From Squalus acanthias (Eukaryota), in assembly GCA_030390025.1 (NCBI GenBank), contig CM059449.1, positions 15,562,001 through 15,626,000 of the forward strand: a DNA stretch of 64,000 nucleotides, written 5' to 3'. Shown one piece after another: positions 1-11,636 of the stretch (positions are counted from its first letter, which is position 1; every line of letters begins with the position of its first letter). The notes under the pieces are model-generated. The model was not told the DNA's origin and did not search any database. It was given only the letters and a program-made list of their open reading frames with translations. A program made the position numbers and the translations under genes.

Positions 1-212
1 TTATAACAATCCTGTGAAGTGCCCTGAGAGGTTTTACTTTGTTAAAGGCACTATATAAATACAAGTTGTTGTCTTTCTCCATCTTTCTCTGTCTCCCTCT
101 CGAAACCTTTAACATAGAAAACATGCCACACACAGCAATGTATTTTGTCTTTATTTTAAATGGTAGAGAGAGAGACATTTCAATCAAGATTGAAGCTGAG
201 ATAGAGAGAAAG

Positions 213-244
<32 letters not shown>

Positions 245-880
245 CAGATGAGTGAAAGAAGGAAAAGAGGGACAGAGATGGGAACCTAGATAGGAACAGA
301 GAGAGGCGGAGAGAGAACAAAAGAGGTAGAGATGTGAAGAGAGAGATAGGGACAGAGAGAGAGAGGGACACAGATGGAGGTGACTGCTAAATGCCAGAAG
401 TGGAAGATGCACTGTAACATTTAATATACGCACAGCACCAATCCTGGCCTGAGCGGGTACGCGGCACTGAGAGGGAGAGGCACGGGGATCGCCAGTGTTT
501 GTGTGTTTACAATGAGGCAGAAACGGATTGGGAGACAGGCAGAGAGAAAGAAACGGTGAGGCAGAAAGATGCAGCTGGAATAATGGAGAGAGAGAGGCAG
601 AAGGAGAGAAGCAGAAGGAGAGACAGAGAAATAGAGGGAGAGAGTAACAGTGGGAGAGACAAAGGGAGAGAGAGACACGCACAGAAACAGAGGGAGAGAG
701 AGAGAGAGAGAGAGACAACAAGAACAACAAACATTTATACAGCGCCTTTAACGTGGTAAAACCTCCCAGGGCACTTCACAGGACCTTGAATAAAAAAAAT
801 TGACACCGAGTCACATAAGGAGATATTAGGACAGATGACCAAAAGCTTAGTCAGAGGTAGGTTTCAAGCAGCGTCTTAAA
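1..880. repeat. GA-rich low-complexity/microsatellite sequence with LINE/SINE 3'-tail fragments
   Basis: (GA)n runs at ~218-243 and ~690-713. The tails at 10-72 and 725-880 resemble the L2/SINE ends at 8050-8120 and 39180-39350. Confidence 0.7.
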
Positions 881-1618
881 GAAAGAAGGAGTTGACTGGG
901 TTAAACACACAGGGCGAGACACAGGCTTTGGGGGTCTCCAGTGTGTAGTCACTGCCCCGCTCCCAGCCTCTGCAGAAAAGCCCCTCTGTCACACCCTTCC
1001 AGAATGTAGGGATTAAACCTAACTCCTGGAACGCCGAGTTTAAAAAGTGTCCCAAAGGAATCAGCAGCTTAATCCTAGTTTGTGGGAGCTTGCTGTGCAC
1101 TAATTGGCTGCCGCTTTTCCTACATTACAACAGTGACTACATTACAACAATGAGTTCATTGTCTGTAAAGCGCTCATGAGGTTGTGAAACTAAAGTCCTC
1201 AACATGACCCGTCGAAAGGCTTTTAATAATTCCAGAATAATGCTGGTGTTTTGGACAATGCGATGATTGTGACTGTTAAGTCAGATATGCGGTGGACATT
1301 TTAACGAGGTTCTGAGTGTAGCATTGTTTCTGTGTCTCTCTGCACCTGTTCCTGTATCTCTCTCTGATCCAACATTGCCCGGTTTAAACTAACATGCAAA
1401 GATAATATTGTCTCCATCTCTTGTTTCAGTTTCTCAGTCCCTCTCACTGATTCTGTATATTCTGTACATTAGTTTTTGTATGTTTCCCTCACCCTCTCTG
1501 TATCCTCGCCCTTTATCTTCTGTTCTCTCCCTCTGTTTAACAAATGGGGCGAACATATTAACAGGGAGAGAAAGAAACAGAGCGACAGGCACAGTGAAAA
1601 TTCACTCTCTTTGCCCAG

Positions 1619-2291
1619 TCCTGTGTGGGGATTTTGTGCGGGTGTTTCAGTGGCCAATGTGGGATCAATAGGTTTTAAATCAGCAAAAGAAATGTCCCTG
1701 GTCAGAGCAGTGCTGCCCTGATACGATAGCAAAATACTGCGGATGCTAGAAATCCGAAATAACAACAGAAAACGCTGGAAAAACTCAGCAGGCCAGACAA
1801 CATCCATGGAGAGAGAAAGAGAGTTAACGTTTCAGGTCGAAACCCTTCGTCGGAACTGAAAGAGCAGGAAATAAACAGATGCAAGGGGGAGGCTGGGGGG
1901 AGGAATAAAAGAACAAAAGGGATGGTCTTTAGTAAGTAGAGACATTGAGAAATGCTCAAGGCAAGACGAGATGGTAATGGCACAGGTTGAGAAACAAAAG
2001 GTAAGGTGTGAAATGCTGGCAGAACAAGGTTGAAGAGCCAAACGGAGGTGCTGCCCTGGGCTCTCCGGGGATTAACATATCAATGAACAAGGCAGAATCA
2101 GAAATTGGCCCTGGTCAAACCAGTCCAGTCTCTGGATTAACATAACAAAGGACAGAAACCGGGCGGAGAAAGACATCCCAAGATGTCAAAGGCCCAAGGG
2201 AGGAGCTCCAGCCTACAGTCTACAAACTGCTGAGCTGGGATGGGGGAGGGTGGGTCCCAGCCCCAAAACCCACACCCTTTCTCCAGGGGAG
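1619..2291 (+). pseudogene. Possible decayed IgV (NCR3-like) exon interrupted by a Penelope-derived insertion
   Basis: Strong acceptor ttcactctctttgcccag (ends 1618) and donor GAG|gtgaac (2291/2292). Length is ~335 nt after removing the insertion and one TSD, versus 351 and 339 nt for the intact V exons. Phase-1 start reads VLCGDFVRVFQWP (cf. MSGIRVFQSP in gene B). Contains stops. Confidence 0.35.
1721..2047 (-). mobile_element. Penelope-derived pLTR fragment with 11-bp TSD
   Basis: Near-identical to 2313-2620. Flanked by GTGCTGCCCTG at 1710-1720 and 2048-2058. Contains a hammerhead-like motif at 1822-1857. Confidence 0.8.
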
Positions 2292-2310
2292 GTGAACACA
2301 TCTCAAGCCT

Positions 2311-3240
2311 TAATACGATAGCAAAATACTGCGGATGCTGGAAATCCGAAATAACAAAAGAAAACGCTGGAAAAACTCAGCAGAGCAGGCAACATCCGTG
2401 GAGAGAGAAACAGAGTTAACGTTTCAGGTCGAAACCCTTCGTCGGAACTGAAAGAGCAGGAAATTAAACAGATAAAAATGCAAGGGGGAGGCTGGGGGGA
2501 GGAATAAAAGAACAAAAGGGGGGGTCTATGGTAAGTAGAGACATTAAGAGATGCTCAAGGCAAGACGAGATGGTAATGCGACCGGTTATTAAACGAAAGG
2601 TGAGGTGTGAAATGCTGGCAGAATGAGAGACAGCTGCCGTGGGGGGAGAGAGAGAGAAAAAAAGGAAAAAGGCACGAACCAAAAGAGTGGATAAAATGTA
2701 TATATATGTGGTAGGGGCCGGGGTTATGATCTGAAATTGTTGAACTCGATATTGAGTCCGGAAGGCTGTAAAGTGCCTAAACGAAAGATGAGGTGCTGTT
2801 CCCCGAGCTTACGCTGCGCTTCCATGGAACAATGCAAGAGGCCGAGGATGGTGAGGTCTGAGTGGGCGTGGAGGGGTGAATTAAAATGACAAGCGACCGG
2901 AAGCTCGGGGTCATCCTTACGGACTGAACGGAGGTGTTCCGCAAAGCGGTCACCTAATCTGCGTTTGGTCTCCCCAATGTAGAGGAACCACATCGTGAGC
3001 AGCGAATACAGTGTACTAGATTGCAAGAAGTACAAGTAAATCGCTGTTTCACCTGGAAGAGGTGTTTGGGGCCCTGGAGAGTGGGAAGGGGGGATGTATA
3101 AGGGCAGGTGTTACATCTCCTGCGCTTGCACGGGAAGGTGCCGGGTGAAGGGGAAGGGGTACTGGGGGTGGACTAGGGTGTCTCGGAGGGAGCGGTCCCT
3201 ACGGAATGCTGAAAGGGGAGGTGAGGGGAAGATACGTCCT
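2311..3240 (-). mobile_element. 5'-truncated Penelope-like retroelement (GIY-YIG endonuclease C-terminus plus pLTR)
   Basis: ORF 2724-3035 reads LYIGETKRRLGDRFAEHLRSV...PVACHFN...LIFRLGTLQPSGLN, the GIY-YIG domain typical of Penelope elements. Confidence 0.9.
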
Positions 3241-3674
3241 GTGTGTGTCCTCCACCTTTCTCGTCAATCTTGTTCCTCTTTACATTCTCTAAGTTATAAA
3301 TGTAAATGCTGTTGCTGACAGAATATCCCTGGACCTGAGCGAGCGAGAATGAAGGAGCCTGGGCTCTTGCTGTGTAGTTTACTTCTTAATTCATTGTTTG
3401 CTTTGTTTTAATCAATTTTCATTTCTCTCTCTTCCGAGGATAATTTCTATGGAAGCTGCAACGTGACGATGCAGAGAGTGTTTTGGGACATGGAATCCTT
3501 GGAGAATAGTTTCCTTCAGAGGGGAGTGACTGAGGCCCCTCAGCACAGGCTGCAGCCAATGTGTCTGTTTAACACCCCGGGATGCATTTCCATCGCTTGC
3601 TCCCCCAATCGCCCAATGTAACTTCTACATATTTCTGCACCTCACTCTCTCCGTACCTCTGCAGAAAAGGCGCT

Positions 3675-4160
3675 TAAAATGGCATACAAGATACTTTCCT
3701 TTATTAGCCGAGCAATAGAATACAAGAGCAGGGAGGTTGTGCTAGAACTGTATCAAACACTAATTAGGCCACAGCTAGAGTACTGTGTACAGTTGTGGTC
3801 ACATTACAGGAAAGATGTGATTGCACTAGAGAGGGTACAGAGGAGATTCACAGGGATGTTGATAGGATTGGAGAATTTTAGCTATGAGGAAAGATTGGAT
3901 AGGCTGTGTTTGTTTTCTTTGGAATAGAGGAGCGTGAGGGAGATTAAATAGAGGTGTATAAAATTATGAGGGGCCTCGATAGAGTGGATGGGAAGGACTT
4001 ATTTCGCTCAGCAGAGAATCAATAACCAGGGGACATATATGCACTTGAAGTTCCATAACCTATAAGGCGACGGACCAAGAGCAGCAAAGTGGGATTAGGC
4101 TGGATAGTTTTATAAATCAGCCAGGTCAGACACGATGGGCCGAATGACCTCCTTCTGGGC
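3675..4160 (+). mobile_element. CR1 LINE 3' fragment
   Basis: LYQTLIRPQLEYCVQ...LERVQRRFT motif and tatgattc-type tail. Confidence 0.85.
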
Positions 4161-4849
4161 CATAAACTTGTATGATTCCCTCTCTTTGTCCCTATTTCTC
4201 CATCTCTATGTCCCTTATAGTCTGGGACCAGTGACAGAGAAACACGCAGGCCGTACAGTCGGACACACCTGTCCCTGTAGACACATCAGGGGTTAAATTT
4301 CCACTGGAGTTCTCTAGATTGCCGAATGTAAGCTGTATATTCATCACCCTCCCTCTCTAGTCACATCTCTGTATATGCACATCTTTCTTTATATCTGTAT
4401 CTCCACGTCGGTCTCTCTCTCCATCTTTCTTTGTCTCTTCCTGCAACTTTAAACTTTGCATCTCTTCATTTCCCTCTCTAATCTTCTCTGTATCTACATC
4501 TTTCTTGATATCTCTGCCTCTCCATCACTTTCTCTGTATCTGCATCACTCTTTCTGTTTTTCCCTATATCTCCAACTCTCTATTTCTGCATCTCTCTCCC
4601 TAACTTGCTCTTTCTCTTTGCAACTCTCTCCGTCTCTTTTTCCATCTGCCTATCTCTTTCTACGCTTCTTTCTTTTTTGAATCTCAGTTTCTCTGCCTTC
4701 TGGTCTCCGTTCCTCTCACTAGTCTGGCTCCCTGTCTGTCTCTGTTATTCCCTATCTAGCTCCCTCTCTCACTCAGTTCTGCCCCTTTGTCCTACTCTCT
4801 CTGTATCTCTGCTTTCTGCTACTCAGTCCCTCTCACTGGGCTAGATGTT

Positions 4850-5005
4850 GATTTAGCGCCACAGTGTGAACCCGGTGATAATGAACCGGGATCCTGCGTT
4901 ACATCTCTCCCGAGTTTTATTCCCATCGAGGTAAAAAGAGGGAGAGATGTGAAACGGGCGGCTGGTTCACAATCACCCGGTTTGTTCTGCAGCGCCAAGT
5001 TAAAA
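4850..5005. repeat. Imperfect palindromic MITE-like element
   Basis: Nested inverted segments: acatctctccc/gggagagatgt, tgaacc/ggttca, ggtgat/atcacc, ttagcgc/gcgccaa. Confidence 0.5.
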
Positions 5006-5469
5006 CCTACTTCAGTGTTCTTTCCCTCTCTACATCGCAGCTCTCTGACTGTCTTTGCCTCTCTCCTGTGGGTAAATGGAGTCGAGGTGCAGATCAGCCA
5101 CAATCTAACATTGGTGCGACAGGATCGAAGGGGTGAATGGCCTCGTACATCAACCAATGTTTGTGTGTCTCTTCTCTGTTCAGGGGTAAGGGACACACAG
5201 CTCAGGTTTTGATTCCCTGTACACTGATGGTGATGGGGAGGGGGGAACACCTTTCTGCAGTGAGGGATACGTCTGGAGCTGGGATCGTACTGTGCGTAAA
5301 GTTTGGGAATGCCAATGAGCCTCTGCATGACTCCATCTCTTGCTCCATGTCTGCCCCTCTGATCTCTTATCCCCCCACCCACCCCATCTCAGTCTCTCTC
5401 CTCCCGTATCCCCAGGCTTCTCAGTCTCTCTCCAATTAGGTACCAGCACTCATTATACTGCCACTGAGT

Positions 5470-7198
5470 GAGCGGCGACAGCCATTTTGTTCTTGGTGCG
5501 GGGGGAGGGGGGGTGTAGCCATTTTGTGCTTCGTGCGGGCGGAGTATTTTACAGAGTTTGTGTTTGTCTGGACATGAATTAAACCAAATTAAAGAGGGTC
5601 GTGAGTTGAAGCCACGCCAGGTAAGTGAGTCACACAACGGTTTAAAGAGAGTTTCACCAGCAGGGGGGAGGGAGATTCACAGGGCGGGGGAGGGGTGATT
5701 ATACATGGACGGAGATATATGGGGGTATTATACAGGGAGGCTGTGGAGTTTCACCAATGGGGAGGGAAGGATTTTCACAGAGGGAGAGATATACAGGGCG
5801 AAGTGTACAGGGAGATGGGGTGAATTATACAGGGGCAGTTATGCAGGGGCAGTTATACAGAGGGAGCTATGATAGGGGAGTAGCATACGGGTGGATTATA
5901 CAGGTGGGGGGGAGGGGGACGAGATTATACTGGGGGGTGACAAGGGGGAATTTTACTGGGGTGGAGGAGATAAGCGGGGTAATTAAATGAGGCTATTCTA
6001 CGGGTGGGTGGAACTCACAGGGGGATTAAACGGGGCTTTTCAAAGCGGGGGAAATTATGCACGGAGATTAAACAGGGAGTTTCAGTGGGGAATTATAAGG
6101 GGGGAGCTTCACGAGAGTGTGTATTATACAGGGGTATTATACGGGGGGCGTGTTTAATTGCGTGTATTATACCGGGGGGCAGGGGTGGAAGATTTACAGG
6201 GGTATAGTATACAGGGGGGGGGTTCACAGAGGGCAGCTCCACCAGGGGTATTATAAGGGGGGCGGGTGGGGGACGAGAGTTTCACAGGGGTATTGTATAC
6301 GGGGGGAGGAATTTCACTGGGGCATTATACAGACCGCAGGACACGGAGGGATGGAGATATACGTGGGGGGTGGGGGAATTAGACAGCGGAGGGGAGGAAT
6401 TAACAGGGGCAATAAAAGGGGCAGTTCACAGGGCTGGAGTTAGGAATAAATAGCCGGGGAGTGGGGAAATAAACAGCGTTTTGTGCTTATTGCAGAGGGG
6501 CAGACATTTTGTGCTTGGTGGGGCGGGGGGGGGGGGGGGGGGGGGGCGGGGGTGGGTGGTAGGGGGCAGCCATTTTCTGCTTGGTGCGGGGTTGAGGGTA
6601 GCCATTATCTGCTTGGTGCGGGGGTGCAGCCATTTTGCAGTTAGTGTGGGTGGAGTATTTTAAGGAGATGTGTAAGTGAGTCACACAAGGAGCAAAATAG
6701 ATTTTCACCAGCAGGGGGAGGGTGATTCACAGGGCGGTGGTGATGGGGGGGGGGGGCGGCGGGGGAGGCGGTTATACATGGATGGAGATATATGGGGGTA
6801 TTATGCAGGGGGGTTGTGGAGTTTCAGCAAGGGTGGGAAGGAGAGGGAGAGATATACAGGGAGATGGGGTGAATTATACAGGGGCAGTTATCCAGGGGGA
6901 GTACACGACTGGAATATATTCAGGGGAGGGGGAGGAGATAAGCGAGGAGAATTATACAAGTGGGTGGAATTCAAAAATGGATTAAACGGGGCAGTTCAAA
7001 GCGAGGGAAATTATAGATGGAGATTAAACAGGGAGTTTCATGGGGGAAGCTGCACGAGGGGGTGTAGTATGCAGGGTTATTATACGAGGGGCGGAGGTGG
7101 GGGAGTTTAATGGGGTGTAGTATACCAAGGGGCAGGGAGTGGAAGATTCACAGGGGTATAGTATACAGGGGGGTGTCACAGGGGTATCGTATACAGGG
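5470..7198. repeat. G-rich, diverged tandem duplication (~1.05-1.1 kb period) with clustered GCCATTTT motifs
   Basis: gtaagtgagtcacacaa...tttcaccagcaggggggaggg...atacatgga.ggagatatatgggggtattat occurs at ~5621-5730 and again at ~6672-6803. Many G4-G20 runs. Confidence 0.65.
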
Positions 7199-7199
7199 G

Positions 7200-7598
7200 A
7201 GTTAACGTTTCAGGTCGATGGCTTTTCGTGAGAACTGGAAAAAGTTGGAGATGGAACAGATTTTTAAGCAAGTATAGGGGCAGGGAAAGGGGGGAGGGGA
7301 GGAAAGAACAAATGGGACAGTCTGTGATAGGACGAAAGGCAGGAGAGATTAAGAGAGAAAAGGGATGATGTTGCAAGGCAAAAGGAGATGGTAATGGGAA
7401 AAGTTAAGAAACAAAAGATGACTCTAGATGAAGTGTAAATGGCAATGGCAGAATGATCGACCATCCCACCATTTTCTTGCATTATCTTTCACTTTAACCA
7501 AGTGCCACCATACTGACTATATTATTGTTTCTGTTTCTAACAGGAGCAGGAGTCGAGCCGATCTGCCATTTCCCCACACTCAGCGTTGGATTACAAGT
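7200..7598 (+). pseudogene. Duplicated copy of gene B intron end plus truncated stalk/TM exon (exon part 7544-7598)
   Basis: Colinear with 27183-27580. Reads (G)AGVEPICHFPTLSVGLQV versus (R)ARVEPICHFPTLSAGLQV; homology stops before the hydrophobic core. Confidence 0.8.
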
Positions 7599-7659
7599 AA
7601 AATGTTCAGTTTGTGCAGGAACTTTTATGTTACAGCACATGTGCAGCAAATCCCGTTCG

Positions 7660-8122
7660 CACATCTACCCTGTGCTCGCTGACCTACATTGGATCCCGCT
7701 TGAGCAACGCCTCGATTTCAAAATTCTCATCCTTGTTTTCAAATCCCTCCGTGGCCTCGCCCGTACCTATTGCTGTAATCTCCTTCAGTCCCACAACCCC
7801 CCGAGATATCTGCGCTCCTCTAATTCTGCCCTCTTGACCATCCCTGATTATAATCCTCAACCATTGGTGGCCGTGCCTTCTGTTGCCTGAGCCCTAAGGT
7901 TTGGAATTCCCTGCCTAAACCTCTCTGCCTCGATTACTTCTCTTTCCTCCTTTAAGAGGCTCCTTAAACCCACCTCTTGGACTAAGCATTTGGTCACCTG
8001 CCGTAATTTCTCCCTATATGGCTCGGTGTACATTTCTGTTGACTTACAATACTCCTGTGAAGCACCATGGGGCGTTTTACTACGTTAAAGGCGCTATATA
8101 AATACAAGTTGTTGTTGTTGTT
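7660..8122 (+). mobile_element. L2-clade LINE 3' fragment
   Basis: PVLADLHWIPLEQRLDFKILILVFKSLRGLA...LRSS motif; tail ctatataaatacaagttgttgttg. Confidence 0.85.
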
Positions 8123-9706
8123 GAATCCTTTAACTTTCATTATAACAGCAGTCTTGTGCTGGTCAGGAGTCTTGATTACTCATCCTGTGACTGTAAACAA
8201 GATCCACTTCCACTGCCTGAGGGAGAACTATCTGTTGGTAAATTACAATTGTCCAAGTCTCGAGAAGATGTCCTAGGCTGCTTATATGGTAGAAATCAAC
8301 TGACTTTACAAAAGCGACATTCTGATAACGTATTACTTCAACGTGATATTTTGATGCTATTTTAAATGTCTTCTGGGACTGCTTTTGTTTATTTTGCTAA
8401 TTATTGTGAAAGGTTTTGCTGTCTTTAATTCAATAGTGCTCGCCATGGGACTAACTTGCTTGCAATGCCTTTAACTGAATGCTGTACACGATCTATTCAA
8501 AATGCATGAATGCTTACGATGTGCCTTTTTATTGGCTCCTTTATGCGAGACTTTCTAATATAATGTGACGTATCTACAGCATGTATGAAAGGGCTGTTAG
8601 AATTTTTTTCCCCGATTAATGCGAATGCTTTCATTCTCGTGTTTAATCCAAGTTGGTCATTACTTGCTGGGCTAAGTAGAAATCCCATCCTCAGCTTCTT
8701 AGCAACAACGTTCATGCACCCCAGTGCGTCCTGTAGGAGATTCTAAAACTAGCATCATAGCTTAAAAATTAGAGCCAGACCTTTCGGGAGTGAAATTAGG
8801 AAACACTTCTATACACAAAGGGTGGTACAAGTTTGGAACTCTCTTCCACAAACGGCAATTGATGCTAGATCAATTGTTAATTTTAGAACCGGGATTGATA
8901 GATTTCTGTTAACTAAAGGCATTAAGGGGTTTGAGCCAAAGGTGGGAAAAGCGAGAGTGGTCGGAGAGAGAGAGCGAGAGAGAGAGAGAGAGAGCGGGAA
9001 AAAGTGAGGCTGTGATTGGAGGATCAGCGAGTACCAGGGTTGGTTGTGTGTGAAACTCAACAGCAGGTGACAAGAAGGGGGAGGAGCCTGGGAAGGACCG
9101 CAGAGCCCCGGGAAAGACCGGCTTTAGAAAGTTAGAGTGCTGCAAATTCATCAGTCGAGGTTTGGGGGGTGGGGGGGGGGGGGGGGGGAGAGTTGGTGGG
9201 GGGTGTGGGGCGCTCGGAAAAATCCCCCATTATCCACTCGTTTCCGAGCCGAATGAAACTGGTGTAAAGGGGAAAGTGGGACCATAAATACACACGAATA
9301 CCACCAACAGCAATTTCCAGGCCTAAAGTGAACGTAATGTGCCTGATGCCACTGCTTCTGACCTGTGATGTTCACCTACATCTGCACTTAAATTGTGCAG
9401 CTAAAGGTATCCCATTCATTAAGTTATTCTCATATACAGATAGGCACATGCACGATGGGCCGAACGCCCTCCTTCTGTACTCTATCATTGAATAGGAGGA
9501 ACTAATGGAATGATGGAGGTGTTGATATCCAGGTGTCCAACTCAGTTCCTGGCAGCGTTGTGCAGGACAGTTTCAAAGAGAGCAAGTGCAGCCATTTGCA
9601 CAAACATTTGCAATCCGCTCTCATTTCCTTGGCCCAGGGCTGAAACCAGTCACAGATGAAAGACAGCTCTTTCTACTGGTTGTGAGGGCCCCGTGAAAAA
9701 TACTGA

Positions 9707-10340
9707 ACATAATAAGAAATAGGAGCAGGAGTAGGACATTTTTTCCTTCGAGCCAGCTCCGCCATTCAATAAGATCATGGCTGATCTTCCACCTGATCTT
9801 CACTTTCCTGCACTATCCCCATATCCCTTGATTCCCTTAATATTCAAAAATCTATCGATGTCTGTCTTGAATATACTCAACGACTGATCCTACACAGCCC
9901 TCTGGTGTAGAGAATGTCAAAGATTCAACACCCTCTGAGTGAAGAAATTTCTCCTCCTCTCAGTCCTAAATGGCCCACCCCTTATTCTGAGACTGTGATC
10001 CCTGATTCTAGACTCCCCAGCTAGGGGAAACATCCTCCCTGCTTCTACACTGTCAATTCCTGTAAGAATGTTGAATATCTCAATGAGATCTCCTCTCATT
10101 CTTCTCAACTCTGGAGAAGATAGGCCTAGTCTACTCAACCTGTCCTGATAGGACAATCTCCCCATCCCAGGAACCTGTCTGGTGAACCTTGGTTACACTC
10201 CTTCTATGGCAAGTATATCCTTCCTTAGGTAAGGAGACGAAGCTGAACACAATACTCCAGGTGTGGTCTCACCAGGGCCCTATATAATTGCAGGAAGGCA
10301 TCTTTACTCTTATACTGCAATCCTCTTGTAATAAAGGCCA
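9707..10340 (-). mobile_element. CR1 LINE 3' fragment
   Basis: LYRALVRPHLEYCVQ and RRMRGDLIE...RRNFFTQRV in ORFs 10225-10422 and 9917-10165. Confidence 0.9.
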
Positions 10341-11530
10341 ACAGTAAATTCCCAGTTCTTAAAGGATGTGGTTCCACAGCACAAATCTTCATCATTGATT
10401 GCCACATAAGTGGAAATTTCAACCAATCGGTAAAGCCCTTAGTTCTGGGGCAGAAGTTTGCGGCTCAAGCCCCACTCCAGGAGTTGAGCACGTAAAGTAG
10501 GCGAATGTCCACTGCAACACTGAGGGTGCCTGGGAGTTAAGCCTGGGAGGAGCAAAAGGGGACGTTTGGCTGGGAACTTGGCACTGCAGTAACGGAAGGC
10601 GCTGGATTCTCCTTTTATCAAAATCAATGGAAGGAAATTCCAGCGTTGGAACCTTCCCATATGATTTTCCTCCATGCTGTGCCCCGGCGATGGTGAACCC
10701 CTAGACAGTGAAGACAAAAAATCTACCCGCCTCAGTCGGAAAGTAGTTAGGTGTGCCGAGCTTTGAGACGTCCTGCCAAGTAAACGTTTCTCGGGGAGGT
10801 GGTTCTGCCGGTCTCCTGCCGTGACATCGCGGAAGTTCGGCAGAACCCCCGGTTTAGCTGTTACGCGCTTCTGCTGAGTACCGCCGATCTTAAGCCGACG
10901 TTACCACAGGAGAGCGGGAGAACCCCGCATAAGTTATCACCCCCACTTGAGTTTAACATAAAACATTCATTTTAATAAAAGGTACAACGGAAAATCAACA
11001 GCACAACCAGACATGGGTCAACTGAGAAGAACTTTTATTACGAAAATATCAAATACTACATAGGATTATGATGAAATATAAGGAGTTATGTGATGAAACT
11101 AGGCTGAGTGAATAGTAACGAGTGTGAATGCTCAAAATGTTGATTTTCATTTTAGCAGCGGCATGAACCAGTTTATTTTCTAGGATAGCACGCCCCTAAA
11201 CATAGGAGACTTATACTTGTCATACAAATGTGATAAATGTTCACAACTAACACTAAAGAGTCGAATGTTAAAGCATTGGCGATTCCAAGCCCTTGTTACT
11301 GAATTATGTGTGGATAAACCTCACTCAATAAGTTAGAGGACAAAACATTCGCCTGGAAATTCCCATGGAGGGTTCTCCGATCATCCGCCGTTGAAGATCC
11401 CACAGAATCCCAGAGCTTCCGCCCAAGTTACGGCGGGATATCGGGACAACTCTGCGGAAATTACACCAGTTGTCCATCGCGGGTGGGGGCAGGTGCGTCT
11501 CATCTTTGGGGTGAAATGTGTCGGCTCCTC

Positions 11531-11636
11531 TTACTTCACCGAAGCGTACAGCACCGCTTCTCGCTTCACAGGGCGCTCAGTTTGATTGCTGTCCTGAACA
11601 TTCAGCGTGGCGTATTGTAACTTGTCATCTCCCTCT
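11531..11636 (-). CDS. Gene A terminal exon with two ITIMs: EGDDKLQYATLNVQDSNQTERPVKREAVLYASVK*
   Basis: LQYATL and VLYASV both match (I/V/L/S)xYxx(L/V). Acceptor ctcaataaag (phase 2); stop TAA at 11531-11533. Confidence 0.85.

Noticed and set aside
3440-3622. Open segment after a pyrimidine tract (DNFYGSCNVTMQRVFW...RPM*)
   Set aside because: No recognisable motif, weak GAG acceptor and no partner exon; cannot be supported.
39-4844. Many 60-110 aa ORFs rich in S/L or R/E
   Set aside because: Translations of GA/CT low-complexity tracts, with no domain features.
4860-4887. RSS-like CACAGTG + 12 bp + TAATGAACC
   Set aside because: The nonamer matches only 5/9, it lies inside a palindromic repeat, and it is not adjacent to a V segment. 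Both V exons are germline-joined VJ with no flanking RSS seen.
5757-7110. Gly-rich ORFs
   Set aside because: By-product of G-rich repeats; frames are not conserved between the two duplicated blocks.
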